Shown one piece after another: positions 35,540 through 44,134 of a stretch of DNA of 64,000 nucleotides. A program made the position numbers and the translations under genes. The notes under the pieces are model-generated. The model ran no database searches. It was not told the DNA's origin and was given only the letters and a program-made list of their open reading frames with translations. Position 1 is the stretch's first letter; each line of letters opens with the position of its first letter. This stretch comes from Candidatus Uhrbacteria bacterium (GTDB lineage Bacteria; Patescibacteriota; Patescibacteriia; UBA9934; GWF2-40-263), in contig JAHFIQ010000001.1 in assembly GCA_023246355.1 (NCBI GenBank), positions 286,247 through 350,246 on the forward strand, read 5' to 3'.

Positions 35540-35803
35540 GTGCTCTCCTTGGGTTGCGGGTTGACTGAGAAGGCAAAGTTAAGTGAGATAAGAGGAAAAG
35601 TCAAGAGGAAGGCAGTAGGGGTGACATATTTTCCCTCGTATTTCGTGACGATCGAAAACAAGATGAGACGATGTTGACGATCGCAAAAAAAGTTTTTTCT
35701 TTTTGCGATCGCAAAAATAAATCTCTCCCTTTTTCGATCGTCGTTTGTTTTGAGCAAAAAAAAGACCACCATACTCCTCTCTACACAAATTCTGTCACGT
35801 CAT

Positions 35804-36253
35804 TCAAACCAAGAAAACATTCACCCACTTGGTTAACCCAAGTTCTTCAACCAAAGACTGCATCAATTCACTTACATCGTTCTTCGTTGTCCAGACACTT
35901 CGTTGTGCCATCGTAAATCCAGCTTTTTTCAAAAAGTTTCTCAGTTTGTTTCGAAGATGTCTTACGTCCTCAGGGATATCAAAACTCACGATGGTCGTGC
36001 GACCGTCAGGATGCTCCCGTTTCACTAACAGGATTTTCTCCCGAGTGAGTCTTGCCTGTCCTTTGCTGCTTAGTTTCAGTTCTGCGCCATAGCTGGTTTC
36101 ATAAATATCAGAACACCCCTCTTCCAAGAGTTGAATTTGGCGTTTGAGTTGTTCTACATACGCTGTTCGTCTCCAGCTATCAGGTGCAACTTGGTTGAAA
36201 TGTCGCTGAGCATTGTGGAGCTTTTTTGTTGTCGGAATATGCATGTTATCCAT
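35804..36253 (-). CDS. hypothetical protein, translationally coupled to comM; C-terminal half has a Cas2/VapD-like beta-alpha-beta pattern (weak)
   Basis: 149 aa. TIVSFDIPEDVRHLRNKLRNFLKKAGFTMAQRSVWT resembles the Cas2 core (v.sYDv...rrrkl.k.L..yG.rvQ.SVf). Overlaps the comM stop by 8 nt. No CRISPR array anywhere in the window. Confidence 0.35.
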   Translation of the reverse strand: MDNMHIPTTKKLHNAQRHFNQVAPDSWRRTAYVEQLKRQIQLLEEGCSDIYETSYGAELKLSSKGQARLTREKILLVKREHPDGRTTIVSFDIPEDVRHLRNKLRNFLKKAGFTMAQRSVWTTKNDVSELMQSLVEELGLTKWVNVFLV

Positions 36254-37769
36254 AATTTTGAATAGTATCTTGTCCTCGATACTGCAGAGCCTCAGCCATG
36301 TGCTCGACCTGGATCACCTCCGACTGAGCCAGGTCTGCAATCGTTCGAGCGACTTTTCTGACACGTGTGTACCCACGAGCCGAGAGGTGATTTCCGCGTA
36401 GAGCCTGTTCCAACAACAAGCGTGTTTCATCTGTGAGTGGTGCATACTCATCAAGGTCAGATGAACGGATTTCGTTATTGGTGAGCACATGTAAACTCTT
36501 CAATCTTTTTTGTTGTGTTGTTCTTGCTGTTTCGATCCGAGTGCGGATGATCGACGAGGATTCAGGTTTTTCCTGTGAGAGCAACTTGTCGTATTCTACA
36601 GCCGGAACCTCAATGACAATATCAAATCGATCAAGCAGGGGACCGGAAATTTTTTTCTGATACCTCATGACCGATTCGTGAGAGCATGTGCAGGGTCGGT
36701 AGGGATTGGTGAGATGTCCACACGGACAGGGATTCATCGCGGCAACAAGTAAGAATCTCGCGGGAAATTGAAACGAACCTATAGCACGGGAAATCGTTAC
36801 AGATCCATCTTCTAGCGGCTGGCGCAAATGTTCCAAAACGTAGCGTGAAAATTCTGGGAGCTCATCGAGAAACAACACCCCTCGATGTGCGAGCGAAACC
36901 TCTCCGGGTTTTGGCCATGCTCCCCCTCCTACCAACGAGACAGCTGACGAACTATGGTGCGGAGCACGAAAAGGACGATCTTGCACAAGTCCTTGAGATG
37001 AAGGAAGGATTCCGGAAACGGACGCGATCGCTGTGACCTCCACAGCTTCGTCGTATGTGAGCGTTGGCAAAATAGAGGGAATGGATCTGGCCAGAAGCGT
37101 TTTTCCAGCGCCGGGTGGACCCTTGAGAAGAATATTGTGTCCACCTGCGGCAGCTATTTCTAAACCTCGTTTTGCGGCTTCCTGACCTTTGATACCTGAA
37201 AAGTCTTGATCAAAGTGAGAGGCGATCATTGACTTCTTTTTTTGAATTTTTTCAATCAAGTGAACTCCCTTTAGGTGATCCAGAACGTCTTTGAGCGATC
37301 CGACGCCATAGACATGAAGGCCCTGAATCGCGCAGGCCTCGGCTGTGTTTTCTTGCGGAACAAATAACTCATCTTTTGAAATAGATTTTGCCATGATGGC
37401 TGTTGTAAGCACACCTGAAACAGGCCGCACGGTCCCATCAAGCGCAAGCTCTCCAACGAAAACAGCTTTTTCAATAGCTGCTCTTGGAATCTCACCCATC
37501 GCGACCAGCATGGACAAGGCAATGGGCAAATCATAAAGGGGACCCTGCTTGCGCACATCCGCCGGAGCGAGGTTGACCGTGATTTTTCCTCGTGGAAATT
37601 TGAAGCCGCTATTTTTTATGGCAGCGCGAATGCGATCTCGAGACTCCTTGACCGAAGCATCGGGGAGACCAACGACGCAAAACGATTTAAGACCCAAAGA
37701 AATGTCTGTTTCGACGGTGACCGGTACGCTTTTGATCCCGATCGTCGCACTCGTAGTAATGTGAAACAT
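36246..37769 (-). CDS. comM: YifB/ComM family Mg-chelatase-like AAA+ ATPase
   Basis: 507 aa. N-terminal Lon-like domain (PVTVETDISLGLKSFCVVGLPDASVKESRDRIRAAIKNSGFKFPRGKITVNLAPA), Walker A GPPGAGKT, and a C-terminal Mg chelatase-like region. Confidence 0.9.
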   Translation of the reverse strand: MFHITTSATIGIKSVPVTVETDISLGLKSFCVVGLPDASVKESRDRIRAAIKNSGFKFPRGKITVNLAPADVRKQGPLYDLPIALSMLVAMGEIPRAAIEKAVFVGELALDGTVRPVSGVLTTAIMAKSISKDELFVPQENTAEACAIQGLHVYGVGSLKDVLDHLKGVHLIEKIQKKKSMIASHFDQDFSGIKGQEAAKRGLEIAAAGGHNILLKGPPGAGKTLLARSIPSILPTLTYDEAVEVTAIASVSGILPSSQGLVQDRPFRAPHHSSSAVSLVGGGAWPKPGEVSLAHRGVLFLDELPEFSRYVLEHLRQPLEDGSVTISRAIGSFQFPARFLLVAAMNPCPCGHLTNPYRPCTCSHESVMRYQKKISGPLLDRFDIVIEVPAVEYDKLLSQEKPESSSIIRTRIETARTTQQKRLKSLHVLTNNEIRSSDLDEYAPLTDETRLLLEQALRGNHLSARGYTRVRKVARTIADLAQSEVIQVEHMAEALQYRGQDTIQNYG

Positions 37770-37822
37770 AAAACCCCAAAAACGATTAACGTTGGTGGGG
37801 TTTCTTATGCTGCTACTCTACC

Positions 37823-38284
37823 TCATCGGTGATTTTCTGTCAATTTTTTTCTCTGTGAAGTGACAAGAAGGAGAAAAACACCGAGGACAATAATCGCATC
37901 AGAGAGATTGATCGCTGAGCGACCAAACAAAATGATGTAGTCAACGGTAAAACCGTAGGTCACACGATCATACAAGTTGCCCAAGGCACCGGTCATGATC
38001 ATGAGGGTTGCAAAGGTGATTCCTGGTCGGTCGCTCCAGTGTTTATATGCCACTTTGACGAGTCCAAGGCCAATGCCGATTGAGATCAAGATCACCCATC
38101 CGAGCTTGAAAGGAATATCAAAAGCGATACCAAAGTTTTTATGAATGGCAAAGTCGACAATTCCAGGATGAATAAGACTCCCTTCCTGAGGGAGTCGGGT
38201 GAGTCCAATTCTTTTCAGCCACTCATCACACAGCACGATCAAAACGGTTGGAATGAGGAGCCAGTAGAGATGCTTGGTGAGCAT
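37823..38284 (-). CDS. lspA: lipoprotein signal peptidase II
   Basis: HKNFGIAFDIP is NxGxAF-like. FTVDYIILFGRSAINLSDAIIVLG contains the catalytic Asp region. 4 TM. Start chosen at MLTKHLYW; the ORF track extends to 38326 into dksA. Confidence 0.8.
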   Translation of the reverse strand: MLTKHLYWLLIPTVLIVLCDEWLKRIGLTRLPQEGSLIHPGIVDFAIHKNFGIAFDIPFKLGWVILISIGIGLGLVKVAYKHWSDRPGITFATLMIMTGALGNLYDRVTYGFTVDYIILFGRSAINLSDAIIVLGVFLLLVTSQRKKLTENHR

Positions 38285-38286
38285 GT

Positions 38287-38661
38287 TCACACTTCCTGAG
38301 TGAGCGTTTTTTTGCATTGTATGCATGAACTGGAAGTAGGACGCGCGATCAGTCGGCGTTCATCGATCATTTGCCCGCAGTACTTACAGGTGCCGTACTT
38401 GCCTTGGTCCATGAGTTTGAGAGCCGATTCCACATCACGGAGTGCTTTTTCCAATTCGTCCTCAAGCGAGAGATTATCTGAAAATTGTGCAACTTCTGAG
38501 GCGTTTTCGTCTTCCTTATCACCTATATTTGGAAAATCAGCCTGAAAATCAGCCTCTGTTGCCTTTGAATTTCGATGCGAAAAACGAGAAAGTTCCATTT
38601 CAAGACGTGTCTTTTCTCGTTCGAGCTCACTTTTGATGCGGTCCATGAATTCTGATCCCAT
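38287..38661 (-). CDS. DksA/TraR-family C4 zinc-finger protein
   Basis: 124 aa. Coiled-coil N-terminus and GTCKYCGQMIDERRLIARPTSSSCIQCK, a C4 zinc finger of DksA/TraR type. Confidence 0.8.
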   Translation of the reverse strand: MGSEFMDRIKSELEREKTRLEMELSRFSHRNSKATEADFQADFPNIGDKEDENASEVAQFSDNLSLEDELEKALRDVESALKLMDQGKYGTCKYCGQMIDERRLIARPTSSSCIQCKKTLTQEV

Positions 38662-39219
38662 AAAAACATCGTTAATTCATCAATACTCTGAATTCTAGCA
38701 GCTTTTTGGAAATTAGAATAGGGCCGCAGCCCGCTATGTTGTATAGATTTTTCGGGGTGTGGCCCTTCGTTGTGGTTTTGTTTGCGGATTTGTTGAGGCG
38801 TTGGGTTTTATTCTGGAATTTTCTTCAGAACAAGACTCAACGCCCTTCCAAACACAGTCAAACAAAGCCATAGTACTCTTCCGTCTTACCATTCTTTGGT
38901 TTTGCTCACGAACGTCCCGAAGGACGCAATAGTGTGGGCGAACCTAGAAGATTTCGCTTTTGTTTTTGTTTTGCGGTTCAGAATAGTGAGACGGTAAGAC
39001 GTTTCCCGAAATATTCGTGCGGGCGTGGGGCACCTGCCGACAAGCTGTCGAATACGACTTTCGGAAAACCTCCCAAGAGTTGGTGTGAAAGAACGACTTA
39101 CATTTGTATGATATCAAAAAAATGACCATCGGTCAATTTATCAAAAGTTGCTTACATCAGCATAAATTTTCATAGACCGAAGACAAATCGTATTCAATAG
39201 AAGTTCTTTTATGAGAAAG

Positions 39220-39259
39220 TTATCCACAGAATAGAGCAGTTACTCATAACTTATCCACA
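39220..39259. promoter_or_regulatory. two perfect DnaA boxes (TTATCCACA) 31 nt apart in a 600-nt non-coding region
   Basis: ttatccaca at 39220-39228 and at 39251-39259, both in the same orientation, in the AT-rich distal part of the 38662-39260 intergenic region. Confidence 0.55.
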
Positions 39260-39260
39260 G

Positions 39261-40499
39261 CTAGGTTGAGCAAAAGTGTGCCGTGCTTGAATACCGATTC
39301 ATCTCAATCGATATCTCTGAAAATTGAGAGAAAATCTTTGTCATCAAGAATAAGGTTGGACTATATACCTGTCTATTCATTTGTTTCAGGATAGGTCCTG
39401 GCTCAATGTCTAAAACGTTCCCATGGCATGCCGATTCTAAGCTCGTTTCAGAAAGCTTCGTGATCAAATCCTCGCTTGTTGAAAAGATCACTTGATGATC
39501 AAAAAAGGCTCCATAAATGGAATGATGAGACGCAACGACCCGAAAGGCCTCAATTTGCCCTAGTTGCACCTGTTCAACCGTTTGAAAAGACGGATCAACC
39601 AGAATCTCTTTGAGACTCGTCCCGTCTTTGAGTTCAGTTTCCTTTAAGGTTGGAGAAAGATAGGCTCCCATCAGCTGTAGGAGACCCAAAAGGTCTTCTT
39701 GAGTTGTATCTGCTTGTGGTGCTTTTACTAACAAGGCTGGAGAGCCGAGCTCATCTTGTGCAACAACAATCTCCCATTCCTGACCAAAGATCTGTTCAAA
39801 TGCATCTGTTCCTTCGCCCAAAGGAGGTGATAATTCACTTCCGTGTCCTGAAAGTGCCAACAGCGTCTGTGAGAGCAGGTCTTTTTTCACGGTTTGTTTT
39901 TTTTGACTGGGAAAAATCATTTCAAGTTGTCCATTGCTTGCAAGGATCGAACCGGACAGATGGTCGACTGGGAGGTCTATTCTTCCCAACCAGTCGCTTG
40001 TCAGTGAAGGAAAGAAGGGAGCGTGAGTGCTTGAATTCATTCCACTGATCGGAAGTAATGTTTGCGAGAGAAGAAGAATATCTGGGGTCACCTCTTGGAC
40101 CGTGATCGCAAGGGACGTCAGGAGTTCTTGTGGTAGTTCAGCTCTGTTTGCTCGAATACCAACAGCTTTCTCTCCGGTGCTGGTGAGAAAAAAGGCTAGT
40201 TCTCCGTGAGTGAGAGACGCGATATCTTGAAAATCTAAACTCCTGTTTGAAAGAAGAGGTACTCCTTCGAGGAAATTTTTTACAATCGGGAGAGATGTTC
40301 CTGTCAGTTTAAGATTCACTGCCAGGATCGTTCCTTCAGGTGCGGCCTCAAGGATTTGGTCGCGAGAAAACCAGACCTCACCAATGCGCCAGGTCACAAA
40401 GACAAGCACAAGAGCAGAACCTCCCAGAAGCCAAACAACCTGGCGCAAAGGCCTGGTTGTTTTTGTGTGTCGAGAGAGTGGAATGTTGAGCTTCTTCAT
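39261..40499 (-). CDS. hypothetical membrane-anchored protein
   Basis: 412 aa. N-terminal signal-anchor VVWLLGGSALVLVFVTW, then a Leu/Ser-rich soluble domain. No family recognised. Confidence 0.5.
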   Translation of the reverse strand: MKKLNIPLSRHTKTTRPLRQVVWLLGGSALVLVFVTWRIGEVWFSRDQILEAAPEGTILAVNLKLTGTSLPIVKNFLEGVPLLSNRSLDFQDIASLTHGELAFFLTSTGEKAVGIRANRAELPQELLTSLAITVQEVTPDILLLSQTLLPISGMNSSTHAPFFPSLTSDWLGRIDLPVDHLSGSILASNGQLEMIFPSQKKQTVKKDLLSQTLLALSGHGSELSPPLGEGTDAFEQIFGQEWEIVVAQDELGSPALLVKAPQADTTQEDLLGLLQLMGAYLSPTLKETELKDGTSLKEILVDPSFQTVEQVQLGQIEAFRVVASHHSIYGAFFDHQVIFSTSEDLITKLSETSLESACHGNVLDIEPGPILKQMNRQVYSPTLFLMTKIFSQFSEISIEMNRYSSTAHFCST

Positions 40500-40502
40500 G
40501 GC

Positions 40503-42722
40503 TTATGGTCGGCGACGTGGGAATCCACCACGACCGCCTCCACCATTTGATCGTACAGGACGTGGCGGTGGAAGATCACCTGGCGCTCGAGGAGCTGGAC
40601 GTTCAGGATAGACGTTTCCAGGAGCATCTTTCATGGAAAGGCTTGTGCGTCCGTCGGCTCCCATCTCCATAATTTTTACTTGGACTTCTTGACCCAACTT
40701 TACAATATCAGAGACAAGCTCGACTCGCCATGGGGCCAACATACTGACATGCACCATCCCATCTCGCTTAGGGAGATATTCAACGATCGCCCCGAAATCC
40801 ATGATGCGCACGACTTTCCCTGTGTACACTTCTCCAACTTTTGGCTCTCGAGTCAGATTCTGAACCCAGGCGAGCGCTTTTTGGGCACCCTCGGCATTGG
40901 TTGAGGTAATCATCACCAAACCATCGTCTTCAATATCAATCGCCTGGACCCCTGTGGTCGCAATAATTTCATTGATCGTTTTGCCGCCAGGACCAATGAC
41001 GTTCCCGATAAGCTCTGGGTTGATACGCAGCGTGATGATGCGCGGAGCATAGGGAGAGAGCTCGGGTCGTGGGGCAGCAATTGCTAATGCCATCGCCTTC
41101 AAGATTTCCATTCGGGCGTCTTTTGCTTGTTTGAGAGTCGTTTCCACGATCTCAGGCAGAAGACCATCTGTTTTTGTATCCATCTGGATCGCGGTAATGC
41201 CGCGCGCAGAGCCAGCGATTTTGAAATCCATGCCGCCCTTGCCATCCTCCAAATCTTGAAGGTCGGTTATCACTTTCCACTTGCCTGAAGCATCCGTGGC
41301 AAGTCCCATGGCGATCCCGGCAACCGGCGCTTTGATTGGGACGCCAGCGTCCATCAGTGCCAGAGTTGATCCACAGGTGGAACCCATGGAGCTTGAACCA
41401 TTAGACCCAAGAACCTCAGAAACAGCGCGGATGGTATAAGGAAAAGCTTCCTTATCAGGCATCATCGGCATCAGGGCTTTTTCCGCGAGACCACCATGAC
41501 CGATGTCTCGGCGCGAAGGTCCTCGTAGTGGCTTCACTTCCCCAACAGAAAAGGGCGGGAAATTGTAGTGATGAAAGTAGCGGCGAGTCCCAACCGTTTC
41601 CATGCCATCGAGCGTTTGTTCGTCTCCTGGCGCACCAAGCGTGACCACGGTTAAGACCTGTGTCTCGCCACGTTTGAAATGACCAGATCCGTGTACACGA
41701 GGTAAAACAGCAACTTCATTTACCAGAGGTCGGATTTGGGTCATGGATCGACCATCAACGCGTTTTTCATTTTCCAGGATCTCACGAGATACTTCTTCTT
41801 CCAGCACAGAGCTCACGATACTGGTACCAAAGGAGAGAAGTACTTCCTCAACTCCTTGTTCGATGAGATAGGCCTTCGTAAGTTTTTTCAGCTCGGCCTT
41901 CTGTGCACTACGTTCACTCTTGCTAGCTTGTGGCATTCCAAAAAAAAGCTCGGCCACTTTTTTGACAATGAACGGCTTCGCCAGAGCTTCTACTTTTTCT
42001 TGCGCTTCGGTTTTTTTAATGCTTGGATCGATTTTTTCTTTTCCCACAGCGGCACGGACTTCCTCGATCAGCTTGATCGGCTCAGCCAAGTGCTTTTGTC
42101 CAAACCGGAAGGCTTCCAAGACGACTTCCTCAGGCGCTTCGTTGGCTCCGGCTTCGACCATGATGATTTTTTTCGGTGTGCCTGCAAAGGAAAGATCGAG
42201 CAAAGACTTTTCACGAGCGGCATAGGTTGGATTCAAAACCCACTCACCGTTTACCTGTCCCACACGCACACAACCAATAGGCCCATTCCAAGGAATGTTG
42301 CTGGTATGCAGTGCGCAGGAAGCGGCAATCAGCCCAATCACGTCAGGATCGTTTTCTGTGTCAAAGGAAAGCGCTGTGACGATGATCTGAATGTCATTGC
42401 GGATGCGCTCATCAAAGAGTGGACGAAGAGCACGGTCAATAAATCGAGAGATGAGAACAGCCTCGTCTGTTGGACGGCCTTCTTTTTTGATGAATCGGCT
42501 GCCCTTGATGCGGCCAGCGGCGTACATCTTCTCTTCGTAATCCACCATCAACGGAAAAAAATCCAGCCCTTCGCGTTTATCAGGGCTGATCGTTGCGGTT
42601 GCGAGTACCACCGTTTCGCCGTACTGAACCAAACAAGATCCACTTGCTTGGGCCGCGTATTTTCCCACTTCAATCGTGAGCTTTTTTCCTCCCCAGAGGG
42701 TTTCAAATCGTTGTTCGTTCAT
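40503..42722 (-). CDS. pnp: polynucleotide phosphorylase with C-terminal Gly/Arg-rich tail
   Basis: 739 aa. Two RNase PH domains, KH and S1 (…VYTGKVVRIMDFGAIVEYLPKRDGMVHVS…). The C-terminus ends GGGGRGGFPRRRP. Confidence 0.95.
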   Translation of the reverse strand: MNEQRFETLWGGKKLTIEVGKYAAQASGSCLVQYGETVVLATATISPDKREGLDFFPLMVDYEEKMYAAGRIKGSRFIKKEGRPTDEAVLISRFIDRALRPLFDERIRNDIQIIVTALSFDTENDPDVIGLIAASCALHTSNIPWNGPIGCVRVGQVNGEWVLNPTYAAREKSLLDLSFAGTPKKIIMVEAGANEAPEEVVLEAFRFGQKHLAEPIKLIEEVRAAVGKEKIDPSIKKTEAQEKVEALAKPFIVKKVAELFFGMPQASKSERSAQKAELKKLTKAYLIEQGVEEVLLSFGTSIVSSVLEEEVSREILENEKRVDGRSMTQIRPLVNEVAVLPRVHGSGHFKRGETQVLTVVTLGAPGDEQTLDGMETVGTRRYFHHYNFPPFSVGEVKPLRGPSRRDIGHGGLAEKALMPMMPDKEAFPYTIRAVSEVLGSNGSSSMGSTCGSTLALMDAGVPIKAPVAGIAMGLATDASGKWKVITDLQDLEDGKGGMDFKIAGSARGITAIQMDTKTDGLLPEIVETTLKQAKDARMEILKAMALAIAAPRPELSPYAPRIITLRINPELIGNVIGPGGKTINEIIATTGVQAIDIEDDGLVMITSTNAEGAQKALAWVQNLTREPKVGEVYTGKVVRIMDFGAIVEYLPKRDGMVHVSMLAPWRVELVSDIVKLGQEVQVKIMEMGADGRTSLSMKDAPGNVYPERPAPRAPGDLPPPRPVRSNGGGGRGGFPRRRP

Positions 42723-42727
42723 ATCAT

Positions 42728-43405
42728 TTAGAATTCGAGTCGTCGTGTCCGATGCTCTTCTTGATTATTCGTTGCTTCCTCAGGCAGGTCCATGAAGAAT
42801 CCCGTATCAGACTCTTCCGGATCTTCACCTTCAGAGGTGGCCGTGTCTTCGCTATCCTTTGCGTGTGCTCTGTCTGCGAGCTTTGGACCGATGAGATACC
42901 GTTTTTTATTTTGAGAGAGGTCGGTGTAGTCATGGACGACTTTTTGCAAAGCCGAGGATGTTGTTTCACCAAACGCCATGAGCTCCACCATGCGTCCTTT
43001 AGCCAGGACGTAATTCACAAGTGGTTGAAAGTCGCCGTCTCCTGAGACGATTACGACCACGTCCAGTGTATCGAGCATTTGCACAACATCGATCGCGAGT
43101 CCCACATCCCAGTCGGCTTTCTTGTGGCCAGAGGAAAATTCTTGCAAAGGTTTTTCACGCGTTTCAATGCCAGCGCTTCTCAGAGCCTCGAAAAACGGTT
43201 GCTCTTCTTTGCTCTCCGTCCCAACGACGTAGGCCATGGCACGGATGAGTTTGCGTGAAGCGACCGCGTCGTCCACGATATTTTTAAAGTTCACCTTTCG
43301 CTTAAAGAGATTCCGCGCCGAGTAGTACATGTTCTGTGTGTCGATGAAAACCCCGACACGCTGATCCGGATGCTTAAACATAGGGACAGGTTTATAAAGG
43401 AACAC
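42728..43405 (-). CDS. NYN-domain (LabA-like) predicted RNase
   Basis: 225 aa, VGVFIDTQNMYY...KKADWDVGLAIDVVQMLDTLDVVVIVSGDGDFQPLV gives the NYN/PIN-like Asp constellation, with an acidic C-terminal tail. Possible later start at 43381. Confidence 0.7.
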   Translation of the reverse strand: MFLYKPVPMFKHPDQRVGVFIDTQNMYYSARNLFKRKVNFKNIVDDAVASRKLIRAMAYVVGTESKEEQPFFEALRSAGIETREKPLQEFSSGHKKADWDVGLAIDVVQMLDTLDVVVIVSGDGDFQPLVNYVLAKGRMVELMAFGETTSSALQKVVHDYTDLSQNKKRYLIGPKLADRAHAKDSEDTATSEGEDPEESDTGFFMDLPEEATNNQEEHRTRRLEF

Positions 43406-43432
43406 CCCGCCAAAAAAAGGCGGGGTTTAAAA

Positions 43433-43696
43433 TTAACGCAGTTCGAGTTCTTTCTTCAGCTTCTCAAAGGCTCCCGCATCCTCACGTTCCAAATATTTGA
43501 TGAGGCGTCGGCGTTCGTTCACTTTGTTGATAAGTCCACGGCGGGAGGAATTATCTTTTTTATGTTCCTTCAGGTGCTTGGTCAGCTCCTCGACCTCAGC
43601 GGTCAAAATGGCGATCTGCACTTGAGGCGAACCCGTGTCCGATTCGTGGGTTCGGTATTTCTTAATAATGTTCTGCTTCTTTTGTACGTTGAGCAT
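43433..43696 (-). CDS. rpsO: 30S ribosomal protein S15
   Basis: MLNVQKKQNIIKKYRTHESDTGSPQVQIAILTAEVEELTKHLKEHKKDNSSRRGLINKVNERRRLIKYLEREDAGAFEKLKKELELR, canonical S15. Confidence 0.9.
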   Translation of the reverse strand: MLNVQKKQNIIKKYRTHESDTGSPQVQIAILTAEVEELTKHLKEHKKDNSSRRGLINKVNERRRLIKYLEREDAGAFEKLKKELELR

Positions 43697-43889
43697 ACAG
43701 CGCATTTCGTGGCGTCATCCTAGTTGAGGGAGCTCATTCCCAGAACCAAGGTCACGTCCTGTTTAAAGTGAATAACGGTCAGAATCGTAGCTGAAAGGAG
43801 GTAAAAGAGTCAAGGAATCAGAAAAGGATTAGTAACTGTCGTAGGTTGATTCGGAGCGGGTAGTGCCTATGTTTTGTTATTCAGAATAC

Positions 43890-44129
43890 TTAGAGTTCCA
43901 CCGCATCCAGATCCTCAAACGCTTGGTCGAGATTGTCTTGAAACTCGGCAGGCGTTTCGTCGCCGGTTGCTTCTGTGTCCGTTGGTTTTTCTTCAGTCGC
44001 TTCGTCAGTCTCACCCAGGCTGAAGCCTGGGGCTACCTCTTCGGGAGTTTCACGTTGTGACATCCAGATCGTCACACCCACCAGGATAACCACCAACACC
44101 CCAACCGTTGCTAAGATTTTTTTGTTCAT
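43890..44129 (-). CDS. small secreted/anchored acidic protein
   Basis: 79 aa, MNKKILATVGVLVVILVGVTIW (signal/anchor), then an E/D/T-rich tail. Confidence 0.45.
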   Translation of the reverse strand: MNKKILATVGVLVVILVGVTIWMSQRETPEEVAPGFSLGETDEATEEKPTDTEATGDETPAEFQDNLDQAFEDLDAVEL

Positions 44130-44134
44130 ACAAT

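Noticed and set aside
38987-39002. RNase P RNA in the 600-nt non-coding region
   Set aside because: Only a partial P10-12-like match (GUGAGACGGUAAGACG). The universally conserved P4 strands (GGAAAGUCCGG / ACAGAACCCGGCUUA) are not found. It stays a hypothesis in the findings and is not called as a feature.
43863-44060. 65-aa plus-strand ORF preceded by AAAGGAGGT
   Set aside because: The SD-like sequence is 65 nt from the ATG. The product is hydrophobic nonsense. It overlaps a more plausible minus-strand secreted protein.
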